NCBI GenBank assembly: GCA_041674765.1
Contig: JBAYVE010000003.1
Coordinates: 66,040-130,039 of the forward strand
DNA: 64,000 nt
Source of the DNA: Patescibacteria group bacterium
GTDB lineage: Bacteria > Patescibacteriota > UBA1384 > XYA2-FULL-43-10 > 1-14-0-10-43-13
Reading direction: 5' to 3'
Of the stretch, positions 20,270-31,668 are shown one piece after another; position 1 is the stretch's first letter; the number at the start of each line of letters is the position of its first letter. The notes under the pieces were generated by a model, which saw only the letters and a list, made by a program, of their open reading frames with translations, made no database searches and had not been told where the DNA came from. The position numbers were made by a program, and so were the translations under genes.

Positions 20270-20315
20270 TATTCAAACCTAATATCTAATTTATCTAATT
20301 GATCGAACCTACTGA
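20270..20315 (-). promoter_or_regulatory. Copy 4 of the conserved leader motif (GGTTCGATCAATTAGATAAATTAGATATTAGGTTTGAATA-ATG) upstream of rpsL.
   Basis: Sequence match to the copies at 5117, 9661 and 10852. Confidence 0.5.
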
Positions 20316-20609
20316 TTCTAAATCGATTAATGTTACTTTGTTAATTTAGCATATTTTAGACTCTCTGTCAAAGGTACTCCACCATGATTCCGAAAACCTT
20401 GCTATTTCCCTGTTTCTTATTGTTCGAGGAGGAACGACGAGAACTATGGTCACTTATTAGTACAGAGACAGACTTCTCATTTCAAGAGCACCATTCGAAG
20501 AATGAATACATTTAATAGGGTTTTCGGAATGACGGTACTCCAGCTATCAGCTATGAAACACTCTCTAATAGCTGATAGCTGTTTCTCAAGGGCTATACTG
20601 ACAGTTCGT

Positions 20610-23600
20610 TTATAATGTTTGACTTACGATTCCCGGGTTTGTAATTCCGTCAGCTTCTGACTCTTCTAGCAGGCCTGTGCCAGCTGGAATTAATTTACCA
20701 ATTATGACGTTTTCTTTCAGACCCCTTAGATAGTCTACTCTGCCAGAGATGGCAGCATCGATTAGGACAGAGGTAGTCTCCTGGAACGAGGCTGCCGATA
20801 AGAAGCTTTCGGTCTTCAGCGCGACTCTGGTAATTCCGAGTATTATGTCCTCAAACGCCACTTTCTTCTTACCTTCTTCAGCGATTTTTTTGTTCTGTTG
20901 CTGCACCTCGATGCGGGAGATTATTTGACCTGGAAGATATCTGGAATCACCGCTATCGAGTATTTTGACCTTGCTGTGCATCATCCGGACAATTACCTCG
21001 ATGTGTTTGTCATTAATATCTTGACCCTGAGATTCATAAATCGTCTGAACGGATTTGATAATGTAGTTTTGAGTCTTGGCGGCTCCGTTCAGCTTCATGG
21101 CGTTGCCTAAATCATAATGACCTTCTGTTAATGCAGTCCCCCGCTCAACTGCCTCACCGTTCTTGATCAATAATTCGGTATTCTTAGTAGTTGTATATTC
21201 TTTTACCGTCTCACCTTCTCCAGTAACTTTTGCCTTTGTGCCGGAAATCTCTATTTTTCCAGGAACCGGGCTCCGGAAAGGCTTCTCTTTTGGATTTTCG
21301 GACTCAGCAATAATCTGATTCTTTTGAACAAGAGACTTGTTTTCGACATTGAACTTAAATCCGGCCGGTAGAACGATCTGCTCTGAGTAAGAGCCGACTC
21401 CAGACACCGAAATTTTGATGATGTCTCCGTCGCGCTTAATAGAAGCCTTGCCCGGTATTTCAGACATAATAGCCGGTTTCTTTGGCATTCTGGCCTCAAA
21501 TATTTCCTCAACACGAGGCAGACCTTGTGTGATGTCCTCACCCGCAGCACCACCAGTATGGAAGGTACGCATGGTCAACTGTGTTCCAGGCTCACCGATA
21601 GCTTGAGCGGCGATGATACCGACTGCGGAACCGATCTCGACAGGTTTACCGGTCGCAAGATCGATACCATAACATTTCTGGCAAACGCCTCGATCTGATT
21701 CACAAGTAAGCAAGGAAAAGATCTCTATAGACTCGACTGCAGCATCATTGATCTTCTTGAGCTCTTCAAGGCCGATATTAGAACCAGCTTTTATACCGGC
21801 GACAGCCTTGCCAAGAGTACGGCCGAGAATATATTTATCCCATTGTTCACCAAAATCCGCGTAAAACTTTCTGGTGATCAATCTAGTTGCGGATGTACCA
21901 CAATCAGTCGAAGTAATCACTACATCCTGCGAGACATCAACTAATCTTCTGGTTAGATATCCTGCTTCTGAAGTTCTAAGCGCTGTATCAGCCCGTCCCT
22001 TTCTGGAACCGTGAGTTGACACGAAGTATTCAAACACTGAAAGACCTTCTTTGAAGTTTGAAGTGATCGGAAGTTCGATTACCGCTCCAGTCGGATCAGC
22101 AACCAGGCCTTTCATTGCCGCAACCTGAGTCATCTGAGAAATATTACCACGAGCTCCGGAGTTCATAATGATATAGATATCATTATCGTGCGGAAACTGA
22201 ATCATCATATCTTTTTCCATCTGTGACTGGGCACTCATCCAGATTTCAATAACCTTATTGTATCTTTCCTCTTCTGTGATCAGACCTCTGAGATACAGTT
22301 TTTCAACCTTCTGGACGTTCTCATTTGACTCTTTCAAAATTCTGCCCTTAGTAGATGGAATTTTAATATCTTCGACAGCAAATGTAAATCCTGACAACTC
22401 AGCATATTTGAAACCAACAGATTTAATATCGTCTACTAGTTTAGCAGTTATCTCAGCTCCCATTGTACGGTAAACGTTCTCGGCGAGCTTTGCGATTGTC
22501 TTTTTTGTCATGGCATCGTTGATAAACTCGATACCTTCCGGCAAGATCTCATTGAAGAGAATCCGGCCAACGGAAGTTTCTAGTAGTTTGCCATCGTTTA
22601 ATCTTACTTTTATCAGCGCATTGATATCTATAGCACCGAGGTCATATGCCGTAACTGCCTGACGCTCACTGGCAAATACCTTGCCTTCGCCTTTGGTGTT
22701 GTCAACAACGGCTGTCATATAATGGCAGCCAAGTACAATATCGAATGATAATGAAACTACCGGATCGCCTGAAGCTGGCTTCAGGAGGTTATGAGAAGCA
22801 AGCATGATTGTGCGGGCTTCTTCCTGCGCTTTATCAGAAAGAGGAAGGTGGACGGCCATTTGGTCACCATCAAAGTCAGCGTTGAAAGCAGAACAGACCA
22901 ACGGATGAATCTGAATCGCCTTACCTTCAATCAATACTGGTTGGAAAGCTTGAATACCAAGACGGTGCAGTGTTGGGGCACGGTTTAGCAATACATATTT
23001 ATCTTTAATCACGTCTTCTAGAATATCCCAAACAAATGTTTCGCCTTTTTCAATTAGCCTTGTGGCATTTTTGACGTTATGAACGTAGCCATCGCCGATA
23101 AGACGTCCGATGATAAATGGCTTGAATAGTTCCAATGCCATTATCTTTGGCAGTCCACATTGATGAAGCTTCAAACGAGGGCCGACAACAATAACCGAAC
23201 GTCCGGAGTAATCAACCCGTTTACCGAGCAAATTCTGGCGGAAACGTCCCTGTTTGCCGCGAAGCATATCTGAGAGTGATCTAAGCTTCCTTTTCCCACC
23301 AGCAGAAGATGCGATTTTGTCTTTTCTGGCGGAATTATCAATCAAAGCATCGACAGCTTCCTGCAGCATTCTTTTTTCATTCCGGCAAATTACTTCCGGA
23401 GCGCCCTGGGAAAGTAATCTTTTCAGGCGATTATTTCTATTAATAACTCTCCGATATAGGTCATTTAGATCTGAGGCAGCAAAACGTCCACCATCTAACT
23501 GTACCATTGGACGCAAATCTGGTGGGATAACCGGTAACCGTGAGAGAACGAGCCAGTCAGGCTTGATTCCGGCCTGTTTCATATTCTGCAAAATGCGGAG

Positions 23601-24389
23601 CCTTTTTAAAGTTTTGGTCCGAACCAAGCCGGTTTGTTTTCTTGAAAGTGTCTCAAGACCAACAATTGCATCATCGATATTGACTCTCTTTAGGAGGTCG
23701 AGTATAGCTTCAGCGCCTATGCCAACTTTGACAATCTGACCATACTTCATATTGAGTTCGCGGTATGCTTGCTCTGAAATGGTTACACCGGCAACTAATC
23801 CCGACAATTCACTCTTTGTCTCCTTATAGGCTTGATCAATCTCCTCTTTGGAAACGTCGGATGCCTGCTCGGTAGAGCCATTTTCGCTCAAATAATCCTT
23901 ATATTCTTTCTCTAAACTCTCGAGACTAGTCTTTTTTAACTCCTCGTTGACCTCAAGAATTGCATAGCTGGCAAAGTAGGCTACCTTCTCGATATCAGCA
24001 CCTGACATGCTCAAGATAGCCGAAATTACACTGGAAGTTCCACGTGAATACCAGATGTGAGCTACAGGCACAGCCAGATCGATATGACCCATCCGAACAC
24101 GTCGAACAGCGGAACGGGTGACTTCAACGCCGCACTTATCGCAGATTACACCTTTATAGCGAATTTTTTTGTACTTACCGCAATAACATTCCCAGTCTTT
24201 GGTCGGACCAAAAATTTTCTCGCAGAAAAGACCATCTCTCTCGGGCTTCTGCGTGCGATAATTTATTGTTTCAGGCTTGAGAACTTCGCCATGAGACCAG
24301 GATAAGATATCCTCTGGAGAAGCGACGGAGATTCGAATTGCTTCGAAATCTGATACCGTAACTTGATCTTTTACTTCTAGACTTGCCAT
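20610..24389 (-). CDS. rpoC: DNA-directed RNA polymerase beta-prime subunit.
   Basis: 1259 aa with a zinc finger CYCGKYKK...CDKCGVEV and NADFDGD. Confidence 0.97.
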   Translation of the reverse strand: MASLEVKDQVTVSDFEAIRISVASPEDILSWSHGEVLKPETINYRTQKPERDGLFCEKIFGPTKDWECYCGKYKKIRYKGVICDKCGVEVTRSAVRRVRMGHIDLAVPVAHIWYSRGTSSVISAILSMSGADIEKVAYFASYAILEVNEELKKTSLESLEKEYKDYLSENGSTEQASDVSKEEIDQAYKETKSELSGLVAGVTISEQAYRELNMKYGQIVKVGIGAEAILDLLKRVNIDDAIVGLETLSRKQTGLVRTKTLKRLRILQNMKQAGIKPDWLVLSRLPVIPPDLRPMVQLDGGRFAASDLNDLYRRVINRNNRLKRLLSQGAPEVICRNEKRMLQEAVDALIDNSARKDKIASSAGGKRKLRSLSDMLRGKQGRFRQNLLGKRVDYSGRSVIVVGPRLKLHQCGLPKIMALELFKPFIIGRLIGDGYVHNVKNATRLIEKGETFVWDILEDVIKDKYVLLNRAPTLHRLGIQAFQPVLIEGKAIQIHPLVCSAFNADFDGDQMAVHLPLSDKAQEEARTIMLASHNLLKPASGDPVVSLSFDIVLGCHYMTAVVDNTKGEGKVFASERQAVTAYDLGAIDINALIKVRLNDGKLLETSVGRILFNEILPEGIEFINDAMTKKTIAKLAENVYRTMGAEITAKLVDDIKSVGFKYAELSGFTFAVEDIKIPSTKGRILKESNENVQKVEKLYLRGLITEEERYNKVIEIWMSAQSQMEKDMMIQFPHDNDIYIIMNSGARGNISQMTQVAAMKGLVADPTGAVIELPITSNFKEGLSVFEYFVSTHGSRKGRADTALRTSEAGYLTRRLVDVSQDVVITSTDCGTSATRLITRKFYADFGEQWDKYILGRTLGKAVAGIKAGSNIGLEELKKINDAAVESIEIFSLLTCESDRGVCQKCYGIDLATGKPVEIGSAVGIIAAQAIGEPGTQLTMRTFHTGGAAGEDITQGLPRVEEIFEARMPKKPAIMSEIPGKASIKRDGDIIKISVSGVGSYSEQIVLPAGFKFNVENKSLVQKNQIIAESENPKEKPFRSPVPGKIEISGTKAKVTGEGETVKEYTTTKNTELLIKNGEAVERGTALTEGHYDLGNAMKLNGAAKTQNYIIKSVQTIYESQGQDINDKHIEVIVRMMHSKVKILDSGDSRYLPGQIISRIEVQQQNKKIAEEGKKKVAFEDIILGITRVALKTESFLSAASFQETTSVLIDAAISGRVDYLRGLKENVIIGKLIPAGTGLLEESEADGITNPGIVSQTL

Positions 24390-24429
24390 ATGTTTTCCTA
24401 TTTTAAGTTGCTTTAGTATTTTTTAGTTA

Positions 24430-27400
24430 TTACTCTTGTTCTTTGCCCTCTTCTTCGAAGACGATGTCCTCATCGGCAGCAGTCTGCTCTGCAGCGATTT
24501 CAGTCAATTTCTCATCGAGCTCTTCATCAAATTCGCCATCTTCAGGAATATCGTATTCTGTAGCGATGGAGACCGGCCCCGCAACTTCTGTCGGCTTTTC
24601 GACCGGTTTGTTTTCAAGCTCTGCTGCTTCCTCTCTTGAGGTGATTAAATCAACATCGAGACAAAGACTTTGGAGTTCCTTAACCATTACATTGAAAGCT
24701 TCTGGAATAATTGGCTTTTGAATCTTTTCGCCCTTGATAATAGCCTCGTAGATCCTGCTTCTTCCAATAATATCGTCAGACTTTATAGTCAGCATTTCCT
24801 GGAGAGTATGAGCAGCACCGTAAGCTTCGAGCGCCCAAACTTCCATCTCTCCAAACCTCTGACCACCAAACTGAGCTTTACCGCCGAGAGGCTGCTGAGT
24901 AATCATAGAGTATGGCCCAACGCTACGGGCGTGCATTTTATCATCAACAAGATGATGAAGTTTCAAAATATACATGACGCCAACAGTTGCTTTGCGGGCA
25001 AAAGGTTCGCCAGTTTTACCATCGGAAAGTTGAATTTTACCATCATCAGGCAGATTTTGATCTCTCAATCTCTCCTGTATTTCCTCCCATTTGAGACCCT
25101 CAAACACTGGTGTGGCGATCTTGTAGCCCCCAGTCATAGCAGCAAGTCCCAGATGAGTCTCAAGGATTTGTCCGACGTTCATACGGGAGATCACACCAAG
25201 TGGATTCAAGATTACATCGACAGGGCGGCCATCAGGCATAAAAGGCATGTCTTCTTCCGGAAGGATAGTCGAAATAACACCCTTATTACCATGGCGTCCG
25301 GCCAATTTATCTCCGACTGATATTTTTCTAAGCTGAGCGACTGAAACTTCAACCATCTGGAAAACACCGGTTGGAAGCTCATCACCGTTATCTTTTGTAA
25401 ATACCTTCACATTGACGACTTTACCATATTCACCATGAGGCAGACGAAGCGATGAATCGCGAACATCTTTGGCTTTTTCGCCGAAAATTGCCCGGAGCAG
25501 CTTCTCCTCTGAGGAAAGCTCCGTTTCACCCTTTGGCGATATTTTTCCAACAAGGATATCTCCTGACTGAACTTCTGCGCCGATTCTGATTATTCCCATC
25601 TCATCAAGGTTAGCCAGTGCTTCCTCGGAAACATTTGGGATATCTCTAGTGAGTTGCTCAGGCCCGAGCTTTGTATCACGTACTTCGATTGAATATTGTT
25701 CGATGTGAACTGAGGAAAGAGTATGATTTTTTACCAGTCGGTCAGAGATAATTATAGCGTCCTCAAAGTTTGATCCGCCCCATGACATGAACGCAACTAA
25801 CAAATTTTGTCCGAGAGCGAGCTCTCCTTTATCTGTAGCGGAAGAGTCTGCAATTACATCACCTTCATTTACCTCTTCACCCACGCTCACCATGGGACGC
25901 TGGTTAATCAAGGTTCCCTGATTAGATCGGGAAAATTTTTCCAGATAGTATTCATCTTGGTCATTTTTTTCTGTCTTAACACGGATTAATCGAGAAGAAA
26001 CATGGGTGACTGTACCAGAGTGCTTTGCCACGACGATTTGACCAGAATATTTGGCCGCGGACTCTTCCATACCAGTACCAACAACCGGAGAATCCGGTTT
26101 GATTAGAGGAACAGCCTGGCGTTGCATATTCGAACCCATCATCGCTCTAGCACCATCATCATGTTCGACAAAAGGGATAAGCGAGGTAGCAATCGATACA
26201 ATCTGTTTTGGCGAAACGTCCATATATTCGACTTCGGCTAGGTCGGCCATATCAGGATGTCCGTTTCTGCGAACTATCACTCGACTATCTTTTATAAAGC
26301 TATTTTCGTCAACCATAACTGATGCCGGGGCGATAATTGACTTTTCTTCCTCGCCCGCATCCAAATAAACCGTTTCGTTCGTAACTTTGGCTTTTCCATT
26401 TTCAATCTTTACCTTCCGGTAAGGGGTTTCCATAAAGCCGTAATCATTGATTCTTGCATAAGTTGCCATATAACTCACCAGTCCGATATTCGGACCTTCA
26501 GGAGATTCAATAGGACATATCCGTCCATAATGACTTTCATGTACGTCACGAACCTCGAAGCCGGCACGCTCTCTTGATAGACCGCCAGGACCTGTTGCAG
26601 AGAGTGTCCTTTTGTGTTCAAGCTCGGAGAGAGGATTTGTCTGATTCATAAATTGCGAAAGTTGAGAAGAGGAGTAAAATTCCTGAAGAGCAGCAACAAT
26701 TGGTCGAGAATTGACCAAGGCCTGTGGGGCAATCTCAAGCGGGTCCAACACACTCATACGGTCTTTGACGATTCTTTCAACACGTAGAAGTCCAACCCGG
26801 ACCCGGCCCTGAACTGACTCTCCGACGGCTTTTATTCTTCGATTTTTCAAAGCGTCAGTATCATCAGGCAAGGCGCCTGGCGTGTTGTTCAAGCGAATAA
26901 TTTCCTTAACGATGCTAATTAGGTCATCAAGTCTAAAGACCCGGTTCTCGGGAGTGTTTGGAATATTAACCCCGAGTCGTTGGTTGAGCTTATATCGTCC
27001 AACGCGACCAAGATCATATCTTTTGGAATTGAAAAGCATCATCTCTATAAATGATTTGGCGGACTCAGGAGTGGCCAAATCACCAGGACGGATTCTCTTG
27101 TATGTCTCGACAAGGCCTTCCTCGTAGCTCTTAGCCGGATCTTTATCGATAGTTACATCAATATATTTAAGATCATCATTGGTATCTACATCGGCGAATG
27201 CTGCCTTGATTTTCTCGTCCGTGTCCAATCCAAGGGCACGGAGAAAAGTTGTGATCGGAATTCTTCTCTTGCGATCAACCTTGATTGAAATGACACCTTT
27301 GGCGTTACTTTCGAGCTCAAGCCAGGCACCTCTATTTGGAATTACCTTAGCACCGAAATAACTTCGGCCATTGATTTTTTCAGCTGTAAACAAAACTCCG

Positions 27401-27816
27401 TACGAACGAACAATTTGCGATACAACACAGCGCTCTACACCGTTGATAATGAAAGTGCCACAATTTGTCATAATAGGAAAATCACCGAGGAATACTTCAC
27501 CTTCCTTGATCTCTTTGGTCTGTTTGTTCAAAAGGGAGACTTTGACACGAAGAGGAGCTTTATAGGTAAGATTCTTCTCTCTGGCGGTTTTTTCATCAAT
27601 TCTGGGCTTATCAAGATAATAGTCGCCAAAAGTCAGAGAAAACAATTCGCCGGTAAAGTCTTCTACAGGTGAAATCTCGTCAAGCAAGTCACGAAGACCC
27701 TCTTTGAAAAACCATTCATAGGACTTGGTCTGAATTTCAATCAGATTCGGAAGATCCTCAAAAACGCTCGTCTTTCTTGGCAAAATTCTTTGGTTTACTT
27801 TGCTAGCAGTTGGCAT
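24430..27816 (-). CDS. rpoB: DNA-directed RNA polymerase beta subunit with an acidic C-terminal tail.
   Basis: 1128 aa with conserved beta-subunit blocks, adjacent to rpoC. Confidence 0.97.
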   Translation of the reverse strand: MPTASKVNQRILPRKTSVFEDLPNLIEIQTKSYEWFFKEGLRDLLDEISPVEDFTGELFSLTFGDYYLDKPRIDEKTAREKNLTYKAPLRVKVSLLNKQTKEIKEGEVFLGDFPIMTNCGTFIINGVERCVVSQIVRSYGVLFTAEKINGRSYFGAKVIPNRGAWLELESNAKGVISIKVDRKRRIPITTFLRALGLDTDEKIKAAFADVDTNDDLKYIDVTIDKDPAKSYEEGLVETYKRIRPGDLATPESAKSFIEMMLFNSKRYDLGRVGRYKLNQRLGVNIPNTPENRVFRLDDLISIVKEIIRLNNTPGALPDDTDALKNRRIKAVGESVQGRVRVGLLRVERIVKDRMSVLDPLEIAPQALVNSRPIVAALQEFYSSSQLSQFMNQTNPLSELEHKRTLSATGPGGLSRERAGFEVRDVHESHYGRICPIESPEGPNIGLVSYMATYARINDYGFMETPYRKVKIENGKAKVTNETVYLDAGEEEKSIIAPASVMVDENSFIKDSRVIVRRNGHPDMADLAEVEYMDVSPKQIVSIATSLIPFVEHDDGARAMMGSNMQRQAVPLIKPDSPVVGTGMEESAAKYSGQIVVAKHSGTVTHVSSRLIRVKTEKNDQDEYYLEKFSRSNQGTLINQRPMVSVGEEVNEGDVIADSSATDKGELALGQNLLVAFMSWGGSNFEDAIIISDRLVKNHTLSSVHIEQYSIEVRDTKLGPEQLTRDIPNVSEEALANLDEMGIIRIGAEVQSGDILVGKISPKGETELSSEEKLLRAIFGEKAKDVRDSSLRLPHGEYGKVVNVKVFTKDNGDELPTGVFQMVEVSVAQLRKISVGDKLAGRHGNKGVISTILPEEDMPFMPDGRPVDVILNPLGVISRMNVGQILETHLGLAAMTGGYKIATPVFEGLKWEEIQERLRDQNLPDDGKIQLSDGKTGEPFARKATVGVMYILKLHHLVDDKMHARSVGPYSMITQQPLGGKAQFGGQRFGEMEVWALEAYGAAHTLQEMLTIKSDDIIGRSRIYEAIIKGEKIQKPIIPEAFNVMVKELQSLCLDVDLITSREEAAELENKPVEKPTEVAGPVSIATEYDIPEDGEFDEELDEKLTEIAAEQTAADEDIVFEEEGKEQE

Positions 27817-28107
27817 CTATTCTCCTTAGAATTATATATTTGTATGATAAATAAAAAATTAAATTATCGGTAAGCAAAAAATGGCCCGTTTCGGTCTGGG
27901 GCTTATTTTTATCTACTGGCTTGGTTTAGAGTGCATTCAATACCCAAGTTTTCCCACTCGAAAATAATTGTATTAATAAAATGTTAGCACACAATAAAAC
28001 ACTTGTCAACACAAGTATTGCACTTAAATTTTTCACATTTCTCGAGTTCAAGATAAGTATATGAGAGCAATAGACTCTTGTCAATTAGCAATATATTCAA
28101 TACTGCT

Positions 28108-29079
28108 TTAGCAAATTTTGGACTTTATTTCATTGATTAACTTGTCGATATTCTGGTGAGTTGAAGCAGAGATAAGGATCGTCTTCTTACGAATTCTCCC
28201 GAAGGCCGATTTTATCTCCTCTTTTTTATCATCGCTAATAAGTTCAATCTTGTTTATTGCGATGATCTCAGGTTTTTTGGAGAGTTCCTTGGAAAATTTC
28301 TTTAGCTCATTCCGAATCATCTTGTAGCCCGCGACTGAGTCCGGTGAAGAGGCATCTATGAGGTGAACAATGATCTTTGTACGTTCAATATGTTTTAGAA
28401 AAGTACACCCAAGCCCCTTGCCGCCTGATGCGCCTTCGATGAGTCCAGGAATGTCTGCAATGATGATTCTACTATCACGATCAACATAGGTGCCCAAATT
28501 TGGCTCAAGTGTGGTAAAGGGATAGTCAGCAATTTTTGGCCTTGCACTAGTCAAAACAGAGAGCAAGGTTGATTTACCGGCATTTGGTAGGCCTACAAGT
28601 CCGACGTCTGCTATGGTTTTCAACACAAGATCGAGCTTCAGGGATTCCCCTTTCTGACCCTCTTTAGCCCACTCTGGCGCCTGCTTAATAGAGGTTGCGA
28701 AGTGCTGGTTTCCCCAACCGCCATTTCCACCCTTCAACAGGACTATCTGCTCGCCTTTTTGCGTCAAATCATACATCAACTCACCTTTGTGATATATCAA
28801 AGTACCTGTCGGAACTTTAAGAATCAGGTCCTCACCCTTCTTGCCTGCCCTGTTTCTACCCATACCATTCTGACCGTTTTGTGCCATAAAACGTTTTTTC
28901 CGAGCAAAGTCAGAGAGTGTATGGACCCTATCATCTACTTCAAAAAGAACATTGCCTCCTCGTCCACCATCACCACCATCCGGACCACCGTTTGGAATAT
29001 ATTTTTCATGCCGAAAAGAAACAGCTCCATCGCCGCCTTTACCAGCCCTCACATAAATTTCAACTTCATCAATAAACAT
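28108..29079 (-). CDS. obg: GTPase Obg; a short form without the C-terminal OCT domain.
   Basis: Gly-rich Obg fold GDGGRGG and G-domain GLPNAGKST, 323 aa. Confidence 0.9.
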   Translation of the reverse strand: MFIDEVEIYVRAGKGGDGAVSFRHEKYIPNGGPDGGDGGRGGNVLFEVDDRVHTLSDFARKKRFMAQNGQNGMGRNRAGKKGEDLILKVPTGTLIYHKGELMYDLTQKGEQIVLLKGGNGGWGNQHFATSIKQAPEWAKEGQKGESLKLDLVLKTIADVGLVGLPNAGKSTLLSVLTSARPKIADYPFTTLEPNLGTYVDRDSRIIIADIPGLIEGASGGKGLGCTFLKHIERTKIIVHLIDASSPDSVAGYKMIRNELKKFSKELSKKPEIIAINKIELISDDKKEEIKSAFGRIRKKTILISASTHQNIDKLINEIKSKIC

Positions 29080-29149
29080 ATTTTAGTCAAAAGTTTATAA
29101 AGTAAACAAGTTCATAAAGTGATACGCCTTCCCTTACCCGTTCCCCTCT

Positions 29150-29235
29150 CCCCCATTCCCCATTCTACATTCCCCATCCGATTCCCCCGTTCCACATTCT
29201 ACTTTCTCCATTCTACATCCCCATTATAATAGCAC
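29150..29235. repeat. Degenerate tandem pyrimidine-rich repeat (CCATTCTACATTCCCC-like units).
   Basis: Visible as ccattccccattctacattccccatccgattcccccgttccacattctactttctccattctacatcccc. Confidence 0.6.
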
Positions 29236-29300
29236 AAAATATCCTATCTGGCTACATGAACAAATTTGCTCCATTATAAGAGTAAAAGACTTGAAACCGT

Positions 29301-30419
29301 CTAATTAACAAAACCAATAATTTTGTAATAATTTCTGGACATCGTGCGTTCAGTAATCCAACCGTGAGTATAGTTACTCTCCCGAATATTAAATGAGCCG
29401 TCCGAATTGACGGAGGTAACGACTGCAACATGTCCAGCCCAGCTCTCATTTGTGACCACTAAGCCGCCGGCTTTTGGGGTCCTCGAGTTGGTGGGGATCC
29501 ATTTGGCAAGCCAATGACCGCCAACAGGATACCCTTGGGAGGTCACATAAGTATAACACTGCATCTCGTTCGCTTTGGCTTTACGGACATAACGAACACC
29601 GTTGATAGTCCCGACATAGGATTGTGTAGCGCTACGGATACTTGCCGTAGATCGAGCCACGGTTGTCCTATTTGCCGCTGCCAGTTTAGACTTTTTGGCA
29701 TTCTCCTTTTTGGCAATTTCTGTAGCACTGACTTCGTAGCCCCTCGGCGGTATCTTCAACTTCACACCCGGCTTTATGGAGTTTATATTATCAATATCAT
29801 TTAGATACTTCAGTGTAGAGAGTTTAACATCAAACTTCCAGCCAAGCCCTGTGAGTGTATCGCCACTTTCCACGATATAATATACGGTTTCAGAAGAATT
29901 ATCGGGCAAAGGAGTTGTCCGCTCTGTTATCTGAGTATCAACAGGAGCAGCGATTGCCAGAAAACCTTCCTTATCAGCCATCGCAGAATTACCTTTGGCT
30001 ACTGCTGTTTTGTCATCTAAGATACCGGGGATTGTTGTGAAACGATCAACATTTTCAACAATCGATTGCTCTTCGTCAGGATTAATATTAATAAAGCCCA
30101 ATGACAACGCACGAGCTTGAGCTGAATCACCAAAATTTGCAACTAAAACGATTAGCAGCAAAAAAACTAGGGCAAAATGGGGCAAGAACTTAAGATCAAA
30201 CAAACCGCTAAGAGAAGTACTTTTTATGTAAGTTAAAATAGTGTCAAAGCCCGCAAAGAAGAACTTCTTAGCGTCTCGCCTACACACTTTAGCTATCCCG
30301 AGTTTAATATGAGTCAGTAAATATTCTTTTTTATTGGCCTCTATCGTCTTTGCAGACGAGGGAGGCTCAGTTCGGTCATGTAAAACCATAATAATTATGT
30401 ACTGCTTTTCACAGTACAC
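29301..30419 (-). CDS. LysM plus CHAP-domain peptidoglycan hydrolase. The start is uncertain; the transmembrane segment begins near FLPHFALVFLLLIVL.
   Basis: LysM motif YIVESGDTLTGLGWKF...IKPGVKLKIP and C-terminal CHAP-like Cys and His residues (QCYTYV...GHVAVV). Confidence 0.75.
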   Translation of the reverse strand: MYCEKQYIIIMVLHDRTEPPSSAKTIEANKKEYLLTHIKLGIAKVCRRDAKKFFFAGFDTILTYIKSTSLSGLFDLKFLPHFALVFLLLIVLVANFGDSAQARALSLGFININPDEEQSIVENVDRFTTIPGILDDKTAVAKGNSAMADKEGFLAIAAPVDTQITERTTPLPDNSSETVYYIVESGDTLTGLGWKFDVKLSTLKYLNDIDNINSIKPGVKLKIPPRGYEVSATEIAKKENAKKSKLAAANRTTVARSTASIRSATQSYVGTINGVRYVRKAKANEMQCYTYVTSQGYPVGGHWLAKWIPTNSRTPKAGGLVVTNESWAGHVAVVTSVNSDGSFNIRESNYTHGWITERTMSRNYYKIIGFVN

Positions 30420-30456
30420 TCAAATAGTTTATCACCAAAATATAAATAGTCAAGCC

Positions 30457-31668
30457 TTATTTGACTTTCACAATGATCTGGGCAGAGGAAATATTGGAGA
30501 TAGAGATATCGCTTGGAACAATAAAGTTCTCTGGCTTAAGATCAAATTCGATTTCACGATTTGCGTTCGGTACCTTTCCCTCGAAATCAAAGGTCAGATT
30601 CACCTCTGACGGACTCAAATTGTTAATTTTATCGTCGGGACCGGTGCAGGTAAGCCTCAAGCTGTCCGGACTATATGAGATTATTATATTTTCACCTGCA
30701 TTTATTGGGCGGAAGTTGGTAATGATAATATCTTTGTATGCATTGTATTTGCTCAGTGAAAGAACAATATGTACACGATTACTACCGGAGATTGATATTC
30801 CTTGAGGAATAATCAGTGATATATCTTTTTCGAGGGTATCAGAAAGACCGACAATATCTATTGGCACTGTCTCAATGTTATTGATACTATTTATTTGGGA
30901 AGTCGCACCCATAATATCTACCACGTTTGGCGTGACGGTTAGACCAGAAATATAATATCCAACTTTCGGTGAACCGCTAAATTTTGCCTTAATCCCCACG
31001 GTCCGTATGTTTGCTCCTTTAATAATTGGAACTGTTGCCGTAACATGATCAGGGAAGAAGGAAAGACCATCTATTTCATCGCCATTTTCATTGCGCCCTT
31101 TCACCGTAATATCACGCTTAAATTCCGCACTTTCATTGTCCAGTCTGATTATCCCTGAAACCTCCTGTATCCTTTCAATCCTGCTTTTGGCACCACTTAC
31201 AGTTACTTTAGCTGGGTTGAATATAACATCGCCTGCGATCATTCCCTCAGCTGCACTACCCTCAATCTTGGCTGTTACATCGATTTCCTTCGTGATTTGC
31301 TTCTCCAAGCTAACCAAAACCGTACCTGGTGTTTTGTCGATAATTTTAATTCCCGGAACTTTTGTAGTCACTAATATTGGCAACTCATGGGTCCCTTCAG
31401 AGAAACCAGCGAGATCAATTGTGGCCAAGAAACTATCGGATGATAACTTCGACCAAACCGAAGGTTCCGCCATTACTTTTACAGACACTGTTCTAGCGTC
31501 ATAAACAGCTACATAACCTATAGGTGTATTGACGGCTTGAAGTGAAAGATCGCCAGGAAATTTTGCGATAGTACTCTGGCTTGAAGCCACATAAATCCAA
31601 AGCAGGGCAGCCATCCCAAAGCAGCTGAGTTTGATCCAAAAATTTTTAGTGAATTTAGAAATTTTCAT
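30457..31668 (-). CDS. cdaR: YbbR-domain protein (CdaR-like regulator of diadenylate cyclase).
   Basis: N-terminal transmembrane helix, repeated beta-rich YbbR-like modules, overlaps and follows cdaA. Confidence 0.7.
   Translation of the reverse strand: MKISKFTKNFWIKLSCFGMAALLWIYVASSQSTIAKFPGDLSLQAVNTPIGYVAVYDARTVSVKVMAEPSVWSKLSSDSFLATIDLAGFSEGTHELPILVTTKVPGIKIIDKTPGTVLVSLEKQITKEIDVTAKIEGSAAEGMIAGDVIFNPAKVTVSGAKSRIERIQEVSGIIRLDNESAEFKRDITVKGRNENGDEIDGLSFFPDHVTATVPIIKGANIRTVGIKAKFSGSPKVGYYISGLTVTPNVVDIMGATSQINSINNIETVPIDIVGLSDTLEKDISLIIPQGISISGSNRVHIVLSLSKYNAYKDIIITNFRPINAGENIIISYSPDSLRLTCTGPDDKINNLSPSEVNLTFDFEGKVPNANREIEFDLKPENFIVPSDISISNISSAQIIVKVK

Noticed and set aside
20610-27816. Numerous 60-216-aa ORFs antisense to, or in alternate frames of, rpoC and rpoB (for example 24670..25320 and 23254..23739).
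   Set aside because: They are embedded in long, unambiguous RNAP subunit genes and are typical shadow ORFs.
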